This document shows, piece after piece, positions 36,109-45,422 of a stretch of DNA of 64,000 bases (position 1 is the stretch's first letter; the number at the start of each line of letters is the position of its first letter). Below the pieces are notes generated by a model. It had not been told where the DNA came from. It did no database searches and saw only the letters and a list, made by a program, of their open reading frames with translations. A program made the position numbers and the translations under genes. Source of the DNA: Dehalococcoidia bacterium (GTDB lineage: Bacteria; Chloroflexota; Dehalococcoidia; UBA2979); NCBI GenBank assembly GCA_965262725.1, contig OZ253555.1, positions 2,080,001-2,144,000 on the forward strand. The letters run 5' to 3'.

Positions 36109-36591
36109 GTGCGAGCGATCCCGGCAGCCCCGCATCGCTTCACGGCCACGCTCCGCAGGCTCGCAATGAACTACTGCGTCGACGTGCCCATCGATGCCAG
36201 CCGGACGCTTGCGGGCGCCCCGCCCGAGCGTTACGTGCGCGTCGAGGGCCTCGCTAACGGCCGTCCCTTCCCTACGCGGCTCACACCGGGCGGCGGCGGC
36301 GCCTTCCGACTCTTCCTGGACGGCGCGGTCCGCGCCGCCGCAGGCGTGGGCGTCGGCGATGTCGTCGACATCATGGTCTGGCGGCACGAGGCACGGCGCG
36401 AGCCCGAGATGCCCGCCGATCTCGCTAGCGCTCTGGCGGCCATCCCCGGCGCGAGCGAGGCTTTCGTGGCGCTGACCCGGGCGCAGCGCGAGGGGATGAC
36501 CGCCTTCATCGAGCGCGCCCGGACAGCGGAGACGCGTGCACGGTATGTGCAGCGCGTGCTGAGGGAGGTCCGCCTGCGGCTGGGACGTTGA
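36109..36591 (+). CDS. DUF1905 / YdeI-OmpD-associated family protein
   Basis: VRVEGLANG..AGVGVGDVV; MPADLASAL..IERARTAETRAR. Confidence 0.8.
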   Translation: MRAIPAAPHRFTATLRRLAMNYCVDVPIDASRTLAGAPPERYVRVEGLANGRPFPTRLTPGGGGAFRLFLDGAVRAAAGVGVGDVVDIMVWRHEARREPEMPADLASALAAIPGASEAFVALTRAQREGMTAFIERARTAETRARYVQRVLREVRLRLGR

Positions 36592-37077
36592 TCGCTGCGG
36601 CCCCGAGCACACAGCTCGGTGTCCCTCCTGCGTCCTGCCCGTCGTGGGCATTTCCGGGCCCAACGGGGGGCCGTACGCAGAGCGACGCCACGCAGATGCG
36701 ATCCCCTCGCCGCCACCGGATAGCATGGAGCTGTGCAGCGAGTCGGCGGGCGTCTTGTGTACGTGGTCGCGAGCCCCGCACTGGTTCGCGTCCGCTGCCG
36801 CACCCCCCGGCAGATGCGCCTGGCGAACGCGCTCGCGCGCTTGGTCGAGGTGGCCGACGAGCAGGTCTAGAGGACAGAGTTTGGTGCGCCGCTCACGTTC
36901 GTTTACATGGGCGGCTCTGCTAGTGGAAGACGTTGTCAGCGTGCCACTCAAGCGCCTGCGAACTCGGAACGAGCCGACGGTTGTCGATCGCCAGGGTCAT
37001 TGATCCACGCGTCGCCACGGTCATTAGACCACCCGGGACGCCGGTAGGCGGCTTGATATCAGTGAGCGTCTAGCGCG

Positions 37078-37851
37078 TCAATCACCTCCCGTCTGCGCCT
37101 CGAGCAGGGCGCGGTGCGGCGAGAGCCGCTGGCGGTAGCTATCGCCCTCGATCACGATCTGGTAGCTGGCGTTGGCGAGGCGGTCGAGGGCGCTGTTGCC
37201 GAGGATCGGGTCGTCGAAGAGACCCAGCCATTCCTCCACGGCGCGGTTCGAGGTGATGACGAAGCTGGAGCTGCGGTGGCGCCCGATGACCAGCTCGTAG
37301 AGGTCGATGGACTGCTGCGCGCTGAGGCGATGGAGCCCGAGGTCGTCGAGGATGAGCAGGTCGGGCGCGAGGAAGCTTCGAAAGACCTTCTCGGCCGAGT
37401 GGTCGACGCGGGCCTGCGCCATCTCGCGGAAGTAGTGGTCGGCCGGGGCGAAGCGCACGCTGCGTCCGGAGCGGACGGCTGAGTAGCCGAGCGCCTGGGC
37501 TAAGAAGCTCTTGCCGACGCCGACGGGGCCGACGAGCAGGACGTGCTCGCGGCGGTCGAGGAAGTGCAGCGAGAAGGCGGCGTCGAGCAGGCGGCGGTCG
37601 AGCCGGATGGCGGCCGCCCAGTCGAAGTCCTCGAGGCGGCAGAGCTGCTCGAAGCCGGCCTGGCGCAGGCGCAGCTCCAACCGCCCGTGGTCGCGGCGGC
37701 TCACCTCGTCGACGAGGAGGATCTGCAGGAAGTCCGCGTAGTCGAGGTGGTCGCGCCGCGCGAGGGCGATGCGCTCGGGCAGGGTGTCGAGCATACGGCC
37801 GAGCTTGAGGCGCTTGAGCAGCGGGCGGAGGTCTGAGGTGGTGGCGGTCAT
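37078..37851 (-). CDS. istB: IS21 helper ATPase IstB
   Basis: LEDFDW, GPVGVGKS, LLILDDLG, ITSNR, ALDRL. Confidence 0.95.
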   Translation of the reverse strand: MTATTSDLRPLLKRLKLGRMLDTLPERIALARRDHLDYADFLQILLVDEVSRRDHGRLELRLRQAGFEQLCRLEDFDWAAAIRLDRRLLDAAFSLHFLDRREHVLLVGPVGVGKSFLAQALGYSAVRSGRSVRFAPADHYFREMAQARVDHSAEKVFRSFLAPDLLILDDLGLHRLSAQQSIDLYELVIGRHRSSSFVITSNRAVEEWLGLFDDPILGNSALDRLANASYQIVIEGDSYRQRLSPHRALLEAQTGGD

Positions 37852-39428
37852 CGTGGTGCTCCTGTCGGGGTCTGCGTGCGGGACTGGGCGAAGACGGAGC
37901 CCGAGCGGGCGAAGCGCCCCGGAGGCGGCGGCAGCTCGGGCGGGTCTGGGGTGCTCTCCTGGTCGAGGGCGCGGACGAGGATGCGCTCGAGGCGGCGCAC
38001 GTCGATGAGGTCGACCTCGAGCGCGCGGCGGCAGGCGGCGTCGAGGCGGTCCGGGGAGTAGCGCTCGGCGAGGCGCAGCAGCTTGTGGCCCTGCCGCAGC
38101 TTCGCCCAGGGCAGGGAGCCCTCGAAGAGACGCTCGGCGTAGGCGCCCACGGCCTCCCCCAGCTCGGCGGCGCGGCGCTGTATCCAGTCGGGCGCCCGCC
38201 TGGTGTAGGGGGTGAGCTCGGCCGGGTAGTCGTTCGGGTCGGTGGCGCGGCCGCCCCGGCGCTGGCGCGGGTGGACCTTGATGAGCTGACCGCGGTGGTA
38301 GATGCGCACCAGCTTCGAGCCGAGCTGCACCTCGACCTTCTGGCGGGGCGGGCAGGCCGTGGACGGCACCGAGTACAGGGCGTACTGGCAGGCGATGTGG
38401 TGGTCGGGATGGACCGTGGCGGTCCGCCAGTCGGGGACCTCGTAGGGCTCGCCGTCCCAGGGAGCGAGGAGAGGGAGCTCCTCCTCCCGGAAGACCTCGA
38501 GCGGCCGGCGGCGTGTCGTGCCGTGGATGCGCTGCCCCGCCACCTCGAGGCACCAGCTGCGGGCGGCGGAGCGCAGGTCGACGACGTCCCGGAAGTCGCC
38601 GCCCTTGAAGAGGCGCTCGCGCACGTAGGGGATGCTGCGCTCGACGCGCGGCTTGTCGCGGGGATGACGCACGCGCGCGGGGTCGGTGATGAAGCCGCGG
38701 TGGCGGGCGTACTCGAGGAAGCCCCGCGTGAAGCGCGGGTGCAGCGCGTCGGCCCCGGCGACGGCGGCCGGGAAGTTATCGATGACGAGGTAGCGCGGCA
38801 CGCCCCCGAAGAAGGCCCAGGCCTCCTCCAGGCCCTCGATCACAGCGTCCAGCTTCTGGCTGGTGGTGGGCCACACAAAGCAGTGGCGTGAGTAGCGCCA
38901 GACGACGACCAGCGCCCACACCGCGCGCCGGCGGCCGCTCTCGGGGTCCCGGATGAAGCCGAGGCGGCCGAAGTCCATCTCCGCCACCTCGCCCGGCGGC
39001 CCGTCGTCCATGCGCACCGTCGACGGCAGCCGGTGGCGCCAGCCGCGGCGCCGGATGAAACGCCGCAGCGTGGTGTAGGAGACCTCGCAGCCTCGTCCGG
39101 CGAGGAGCTCCTGGATGCGCGTCAGTTGCAGGCGGTCGGTCTCAAGCCAGCGCTCGATCTGCTCCGCCCAGGGCGAGAGCAGCTCCTCGCTCGGCGCCTC
39201 GACCTGCCGCGGGCCGGAGAGGCTCAGCGTCGCCAGCGCGGCGAGCTGCTCCTCACTCGGCTCGGGACCGCCCGGCGTGAGGCCGGCCGCCTCGGCCGCC
39301 TCGACGTAGCGGCGCACCGTCACGCGCGATAGCCCCGTGCCGCTGGCGATGCGGCGCTGGCTGAGCCCCGCCTGCCAGCGTCGAATGATCTCCTGGATCT
39401 CCACCCCGTGTACCTCCCGGTAGGCCAT
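37848..39428 (-). CDS. istA: IS21 transposase IstA
   Basis: PGEVAEMDFG, FFGGVP..IDN, DKPRVER, RIHGTT. Confidence 0.95.
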   Translation of the reverse strand: MAYREVHGVEIQEIIRRWQAGLSQRRIASGTGLSRVTVRRYVEAAEAAGLTPGGPEPSEEQLAALATLSLSGPRQVEAPSEELLSPWAEQIERWLETDRLQLTRIQELLAGRGCEVSYTTLRRFIRRRGWRHRLPSTVRMDDGPPGEVAEMDFGRLGFIRDPESGRRRAVWALVVVWRYSRHCFVWPTTSQKLDAVIEGLEEAWAFFGGVPRYLVIDNFPAAVAGADALHPRFTRGFLEYARHRGFITDPARVRHPRDKPRVERSIPYVRERLFKGGDFRDVVDLRSAARSWCLEVAGQRIHGTTRRRPLEVFREEELPLLAPWDGEPYEVPDWRTATVHPDHHIACQYALYSVPSTACPPRQKVEVQLGSKLVRIYHRGQLIKVHPRQRRGGRATDPNDYPAELTPYTRRAPDWIQRRAAELGEAVGAYAERLFEGSLPWAKLRQGHKLLRLAERYSPDRLDAACRRALEVDLIDVRRLERILVRALDQESTPDPPELPPPPGRFARSGSVFAQSRTQTPTGAPR

Positions 39429-40830
39429 CGCTGCTCCCTCCGCTGGGGATGCAGGCGATGGTGGCCGTACCGGCGACCCGGGCGGGCAGGAGTCCCTGAC
39501 GGGGTGGATCAATGACCCTGGCGAAGTGGATCAATGACCCTGGCGATCTGGCGATTTCGTGGTCTATAGACCTTGGCGATTCACACCGACGGTCGCGTGG
39601 AACGTGTATCCGACGACCAGCCATTTCGTAGTAGTGCTTACCGTTCTCGAACTCGTCACGCAGGCGGGAACTCACGTCTAGGCGCAGATCGGGCGTCACA
39701 GTTACATACCCCGTGTCGTAGAGCCGATGGAGGTCGGACCGAAGCACGATCCCGTTCTGTGGGTGGTTTGATGCCGGACCCAGATACGGCTGAATGTGGG
39801 CAGCCTCGAGAACCGGGATCGCGTGCTCTCCCGTCACCGCGCACTGCTGGTCATACGCGCTCAGCAGCCGCAGGCGGAATGTGCCCTGCCCGCGCCTGTC
39901 TACGCGGACGGCGTCAACGTGATGGCGAGCATCCTGCTCGAGCAACTCGAAGGACGGCTGGAGATCGAGCACAGGCTCCGGATGGGTGCTGCGCAGGAGC
40001 GCTTCGAGGCTTCGACCGTCGGTGGCGAGGTCATAGCCCTTGTAGCTCACGAGATTGGGATGCCACCCCTGGTCCCGTCCCCAGGGGAGCCATCGGTTTC
40101 GTGGCAGGAACACTGCTTCGCGGAGCACAATGCAGGCGAGCTGCGCACCTGCCGCGCGACCGGATCGCAGTCGGTACTCACGGATTCTCCTCTCGAAGTC
40201 CGCTCGCATGGCGTCGCCGTTGCGGTCGCCGAATATCTCCCAGGCGAGCTGGACCGGCATCCGAGACGAGAGGGCAAAGAACCCGAACCCGGCGATGGCG
40301 TTATGTGGCGCCTTCAGGCGGAAGAAGAAGGGCTCACCAGATCTGAGAGCGCGGAATTCGTCCTGAGCCGACGGGCGCCAGAAGTTGACCTCGTCAACCT
40401 CGGTCAACTCATCGGATGGCCGGAAGTAGGAGAACCAGCGTTCATCGGTGGGCGCGACGACGGCCGGCAGGGACGGGGTGGCCATGGCAGGTGGAGTCTA
40501 GCGCGCCGCGACCTGGAGCGGTCCTGCTGGCTCCGGGGCCGTCTGTTCGGAGCCAGGACCGACATCCCGGTCGTCTCTGTGTGTGACCTCGGTCTTGGCC
40601 AGTTGCGCGGCGCTGCCATCATGGTGCCGAATGGGCTCTCGGCTATGGCTGCCGATGTTCCGCACGGCGCGCGTCGCGCATAGAGGTAGGCGTAAGTCGC
40701 ATCCTTTGCCGCCCGCACGTACTACTGGGGACCGTGCTGATTGTGTTTGGTGAGCGGCACTGCCGGAGACGGACGGACTACACTGGGCATCGCGCGCTCA
40801 AGGAGTGCAGCGGCCAATGCAAGGGCCCGC

Positions 40831-42267
40831 ATGGACTTTGAGAAATACGACCTAGATCCGTCGATCTACGACGAGATGCTGCTCCCGGACGGCACGCACC
40901 GCGATCATTGCCGGGAGGTCGGTGCGGCTCTGCGCGATCTCTCGGTCGCGGAACTCGGCGTCATCCAGGAGCGGGTCACGCGGACGTTCTCCACCGAGGG
41001 CATCACCTTCACCGTGTACGGTGACGACGAGGCCGACGAGCGGATCATTCCCGTTGACTGCGTGCCGCGCGTCATCTCGGGCTCCGACTGGCAGCACGTC
41101 GAGACGGGCCTGACGCAGCGCCTGAAGGCGATCAACCTCTTCCTGGCGGACGTCTACGGCGAGGGCCGGATCGTCGAGGACGGTGTCATTCCCGTGGACG
41201 TGGTGCGCGGGTGCCCGCAGTACAGGCTGCAGATGCGCGGTGTCTCCCCGCCGCACGGCACGTGGGTCGCCATCTGTGGCACCGACATCGTCCGCACCAA
41301 CGAGGGCTTCCACGTTCTTGAGGACAATTTGCGCGTTCCCTCGGGCGTCTCGTACATGATCGCGAACCGGAAGGCGGTCAAGGCGAGCCTGCGCCGCCTC
41401 TTCCGCAGGTCCCGCGTGCGGGGGGTCGAGCACTACGGAAGCATGTTGCGGGAGACACTCCGGGAGATCGCGCCGGAGGGCCGCTCCGACCCGGCGATCG
41501 CCCTCCTGACTCCCGGCGTGTACAACTCCGCCTTCTACGAGCACATGTTTCTCGCGCGCGAGCTCGGTGCCGACCTGGTCGAGGGACGTGACCTGCTCGT
41601 CCACAACGGTTTCGTGTATGCACGTACCACCAAGGGTCTGCATCGCATCGACGTGATCTACCGGCGCGTGGAGGATGACTTCCTCGACCCGCTCGCCTTC
41701 CGCCCCGACTCCTTGCTCGGCGTGCCCGGCCTGATGCACGCGTACCGGCTTGGCAACGTGACCCTGGCGAACGCACCCGGGACGGGTGTCGCCGACGACA
41801 AGAGCGTGTACGCCTACGTGCCCGACATGATCCGGTACTACCTGGCCGAGGAGCCGCTGCTGCAGAACGTCGAGACCTACCTCTGTCGTCGCCCGGAGGA
41901 TCTCGAGTACACGCTCGACAATCTCGACAAGCTCGTCGTGAAGCGCGTCGGGGGCTCGGGCGGATACGGCATGCTGGTGGGGCCCCACGCCACCCCCGAG
42001 GAACGCGACCGGTACGCTGCAGAGGTGCGTGAGCACCCGGCCGACTTCGTATCGCAGCCGACGCTCGCGCTCTCGCGCTCTCCCTGCTTCGTGGATGGCC
42101 GCCTCGAGCCGCGCCACGTCGACCTTCGCCCGTTTGTCCTCCACGGCCGCACGACCAGGCTCGTGCCGGGCGCCTTCTGTCGCGTGGCGCTCAGGCGAGG
42201 CAGCCTCGTCGTCAACTCGAGCCAGGGTGGCGGCTGCAAGGACCTCTGGGTGCTGGACAATTGCTAG
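40831..42267 (+). CDS. Circularly permuted type 2 ATP-grasp protein
   Basis: GITFTVY, VLEDNLRVPSGVSY, IYRRVEDDFLDPL, VVNSSQGGGCKDLWV. Confidence 0.95.
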   Translation: MDFEKYDLDPSIYDEMLLPDGTHRDHCREVGAALRDLSVAELGVIQERVTRTFSTEGITFTVYGDDEADERIIPVDCVPRVISGSDWQHVETGLTQRLKAINLFLADVYGEGRIVEDGVIPVDVVRGCPQYRLQMRGVSPPHGTWVAICGTDIVRTNEGFHVLEDNLRVPSGVSYMIANRKAVKASLRRLFRRSRVRGVEHYGSMLRETLREIAPEGRSDPAIALLTPGVYNSAFYEHMFLARELGADLVEGRDLLVHNGFVYARTTKGLHRIDVIYRRVEDDFLDPLAFRPDSLLGVPGLMHAYRLGNVTLANAPGTGVADDKSVYAYVPDMIRYYLAEEPLLQNVETYLCRRPEDLEYTLDNLDKLVVKRVGGSGGYGMLVGPHATPEERDRYAAEVREHPADFVSQPTLALSRSPCFVDGRLEPRHVDLRPFVLHGRTTRLVPGAFCRVALRRGSLVVNSSQGGGCKDLWVLDNC

Positions 42268-43235
42268 CGCGCAGCGCCCAGGGACTCTACTGGATGAGCC
42301 GCTATCTCCAGCGGGCGGAGCGTCTCGCCCGCCTGCTACGGCTCCAGACGGAGAGTCTGGTCGACCGGCCGCTCCCGGAGATCCACATCGGATGGGCTCG
42401 CATCTACGCGGCGATCGGACGCCACCCGCCGTCGGGCGATCTCGTCGTACTCGAGAGCGACGACTATGCCCTCGCCGACTCCTACACTCTCGCCGAAGAC
42501 CTCACGTTCGAGCCCTCGAATCCGAATTCGTTGCGCAGCTGCTTCGCGCTCGGCCGCGAGAACGCCCGCCAGATGCGTCAGCTGATCAGCGCCGAGATGT
42601 GGACGTCGCTGAACACGAGCTACCTCCGCATCCAGCATCGGGAGCTGCGCGACATCTGGGGGGGATCGCCCGAGAGCTTCTACGCGGAGACGGCCACCGC
42701 GATCAACACGTTCCGGGGCGTGGCCGCCGCGACGATGTACCGGGACGAGGGGTGGAGGTTCATGCAGCTCGGGCATCTGTCCGAGCGGGCCCAGATGCTG
42801 ACGGGGATTCTGCTGGCACAGTTCGCCACGGACAAGATGCTCGGGGAGACCTCCGAGGCCGGCTGGACCAGTCTTCTGCGCCTGTACCACGCCTTCGAGG
42901 CCTACGACGATCTGTACAGCGTCGAGATCGAGCCCGAGCAGGTCGTGGATCTCCTGGTCACGAACCCGCTGCTGCCCGGATCACTCCTGCGGACGGTCGA
43001 TGCGACCGCTGCCGAGATCGCCAAGATCGGTCGCGGCCCCAACACTCGATCCAGCGATGAGACTGAGAGGGCGGCCGGAGATCTCGCCTCGTTGGTCCAC
43101 GACGCGTGGCAGGTTCGTGACGATGCGGAGAGCGTCCTGCGCCAGGTCCACGAGGGCTCTCGGCTGGTCCACGACCTGGTGACAGCGAGCTACTTCGACT
43201 ACCCGATCGAGATTTCTCCGACGGTGACGCCGTGA
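42261..43235 (+). CDS. Alpha-E domain protein (DUF403)
   Basis: MLARSAQGLYWMSRYLQRAE, RENAR, TMYRDEGWRF. Confidence 0.93.
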   Translation: MLARSAQGLYWMSRYLQRAERLARLLRLQTESLVDRPLPEIHIGWARIYAAIGRHPPSGDLVVLESDDYALADSYTLAEDLTFEPSNPNSLRSCFALGRENARQMRQLISAEMWTSLNTSYLRIQHRELRDIWGGSPESFYAETATAINTFRGVAAATMYRDEGWRFMQLGHLSERAQMLTGILLAQFATDKMLGETSEAGWTSLLRLYHAFEAYDDLYSVEIEPEQVVDLLVTNPLLPGSLLRTVDATAAEIAKIGRGPNTRSSDETERAAGDLASLVHDAWQVRDDAESVLRQVHEGSRLVHDLVTASYFDYPIEISPTVTP

Positions 43236-44107
43236 GCCAGTCAGCCCGCTACGAGATCGAGCACGTCACCCGCTACTCCTACACGTCGCCGGTGACCGAC
43301 TCCGTGCTGTCGCTCTGCTTGAAGCCTCGGGACGACGGCGGTCAACGCCTGCTGCGCTTCGAGATGGCTGCCGATCCCCATGGAACGTTCCCCGAGGCTC
43401 TGGACTTCTTCGGGAATGCGACGCACCTCCTCACCGTCCACCAGCAACACGAGGCGCTGGAGATCGCCGCCCGCTCGGCGGTGGAGCGGTTGACGCCGCG
43501 GGCGCTCCCGGAGTCGCTGGCGATGGACACCTGGACGGAGATGCGGCCCTGGGCGGAGTCGTCCGCTGACTGGGAATTCACGCATGCCAGCGCGTTCGCG
43601 CGCCCCTCCCCCGAACTCGAGGCATTCTCCCGACGCGAGGACCTCTTAGCCCCAACCGGGGACCCGCTGAGCGCCGTATCGGGGCTCACTGGTGCGCTCC
43701 ACCGGATCTTCGAGTACATGCCGGGGAGCACGTCGGCGGTCTCCCCCATCGAGCAGATCCTGGAGTCCGGCGTCGGTGTCTGCCAGGACTACGCTCACGT
43801 GATGATCGCCATCGCTCGCTCGTGGGGCGTGCCGTCACGTTATGTTTCGGGCTACCTTCATGTCGCCGACCCTGCTGACCAGCCGACGCGGGGGGAGGCG
43901 AGCCACGCGTGGGTGGAATGCCGGCTCCCCGACCTCGGATGGGTCGGATTCGACCCCACGAATCCGGGACTTGCGCGCGAGCGCTATGTCCGGCTTGCGG
44001 TCGGACGAGACTACCGTGACGTCTCGCCCGTCCGGGGCATCTTTCGGGGCGGGGCCACCGCTGAGCTCACGGTCGGCGTCGTCATGACGCCTCAGGCGAC
44101 AGGCTAG
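43232..44107 (+). CDS. Transglutaminase family protein
   Basis: GVCQDYAH, RYVSGYL, ASHAWVE, GFDPTN, GRDYRDV. Confidence 0.95.
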   Translation: MSQSARYEIEHVTRYSYTSPVTDSVLSLCLKPRDDGGQRLLRFEMAADPHGTFPEALDFFGNATHLLTVHQQHEALEIAARSAVERLTPRALPESLAMDTWTEMRPWAESSADWEFTHASAFARPSPELEAFSRREDLLAPTGDPLSAVSGLTGALHRIFEYMPGSTSAVSPIEQILESGVGVCQDYAHVMIAIARSWGVPSRYVSGYLHVADPADQPTRGEASHAWVECRLPDLGWVGFDPTNPGLARERYVRLAVGRDYRDVSPVRGIFRGGATAELTVGVVMTPQATG

Positions 44108-44342
44108 GTCGCGCCGGCCGCGTGCCCAGCCTGAGGGCGGCAGCGTGGCCCCCGGCATCTTCCGGGTGCTTCGCCGATCGTGTGCTCGCGGTCGCTGCGA
44201 TGATCACGCATCACGACCCGGAGACTCGGATCGAGCCCGCTCTCGTCGGCGAGGCTCGCCTGGCGCGCGGCCGCGGTGACGACGCGCAGGCGCGTCTAGG
44301 TTTCGGCCTCCTACGGCTCGGGCTGGGACATGCCCGGTGTTG

Positions 44343-45422
44343 TCAGCGCGAGGGCAACAGCGACCGGAGCGACCACCGGCGGCCGTGCGAGCGCGCCTGT
44401 TGCAGGAGATGGCCAACGTGGTGGTCCTCGAGACAGCCCTCCAGCGAGTTCTCCAGCTGGAACGTGGCGTGCGAAATGCCGTGCACGTTGTGGGCAATCT
44501 CCTGAAGGCGGATGGTCAACTGGTTCGTGTCTCCCCGGTAGTCAGGGTCGAGGAGCACGTGGGCCGTGCATGCTTCGCTGTTCGACGTGATGGTCCAGAC
44601 GTGAACGTCGTGGACGAGGGTGACCCCCTCCAGTTCCTCTATGTCGTGGCAGAGCTTGTACACGTCGATGTGTTTGGGAACCCCTTCCACCAGCACGTGA
44701 AACGCTCGCTGCACCAGAGTCCAGGCGGAGAACAGGATCAACACGCCGATGACGACGCTCAGCAACGGGTCGATGAACTCCCATCCGAAGGCAATGATTA
44801 GCAGGGCCGAAATGATCATGCCGGCAGCTATCAACACGTGGGACATGAGGTGCAAGAAGGCCCCTTCGACGTTGATGCTATGCCGCACTGAACCGTGCAA
44901 CACCCAAGCGCCTGCCGCGTTCACGATCAGCCCGACCGCGGCGACCACGAGGATCGGCAGCCCTTCGGGATGGGCATGAGCATCGCCGCCATGAGCGTGG
45001 GGATCTCCCCCACTGATGCGGTTGTAGGCCTCGAACAGAATGAGTGCCCCAACGACCACGAGGATGCCGACGTTCACCAGTACCGCAAGGACCTCGACGC
45101 GGTAGTAGCCCCAGGTCCGCTCGGCGGAGGCTTCCCGCTGGGCGATCAGCGTGGCGAGGAGTGCCAACGCAAGCCCGCCGCTGTCGGCAAGCATGTGGCC
45201 AGCGTGGGCCAGCAGGGCGAGGCTGCCCGCAAGCCAACCGCTGACCACTTCGAACACCATGAACCCGAAGATGAGGGCCAGCGCGACCGCGAGCCGGCGA
45301 CGACTAAGCCTCCGTAGCTGGTCAGCGTGCTCGTGGTGGGCGCGTCGTACGGCCGCGTGGCCCTGGCCAGCCTGCGCGTCTGGTCGGACTGTCCCGGAAA
45401 CTGAGTCCATCGTCGAAGACAT
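44343..45422 (-). CDS. Cation diffusion facilitator (CzcD/ZitB-like)
   Basis: SLALLAHAGHMLAD, INVEGAFLH, HDVHVWTI, HATFQLE. Confidence 0.92.
   Translation of the reverse strand: MSSTMDSVSGTVRPDAQAGQGHAAVRRAHHEHADQLRRLSRRRLAVALALIFGFMVFEVVSGWLAGSLALLAHAGHMLADSGGLALALLATLIAQREASAERTWGYYRVEVLAVLVNVGILVVVGALILFEAYNRISGGDPHAHGGDAHAHPEGLPILVVAAVGLIVNAAGAWVLHGSVRHSINVEGAFLHLMSHVLIAAGMIISALLIIAFGWEFIDPLLSVVIGVLILFSAWTLVQRAFHVLVEGVPKHIDVYKLCHDIEELEGVTLVHDVHVWTITSNSEACTAHVLLDPDYRGDTNQLTIRLQEIAHNVHGISHATFQLENSLEGCLEDHHVGHLLQQARSHGRRWSLRSLLPSR

Larger units (their letters stand above)
36982..39585 (-). mobile_element. IS21-family insertion sequence
   Basis: TG...CA ends; 8-bp TSD CCGACGGT at 36974-36981 and 39586-39593; 21-bp subterminal repeats at 36988-37008, 39504-39524, 39526-39546. 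Confidence 0.95.
36920..40485 (-). pseudogene. HNH endonuclease (317 aa when restored) interrupted near its 3' end by IS21
   Basis: CAVTG..LEAAHI..NGIVLRSDLHRLYDTG; the missing tail LVPSSQALEWHADNVFH* lies in frame at 36973-36920. Confidence 0.9.

Noticed and set aside
39504-39585. 21-bp repeats resembling a mini-CRISPR or iterons
   Set aside because: They are IS21 subterminal repeats mirrored at 36988-37008
40831-44107. ATP-grasp/alpha-E/transglutaminase operon as a novel system
   Set aside because: Already described as a predicted peptide-tagging system; the only deviation is that no Anbu-type protease gene is adjacent
44110-44340. Short ORF-like remnants here and at 36600-36920 and 51415-51645
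   Set aside because: Possibly gene fragments, but no family could be recognised
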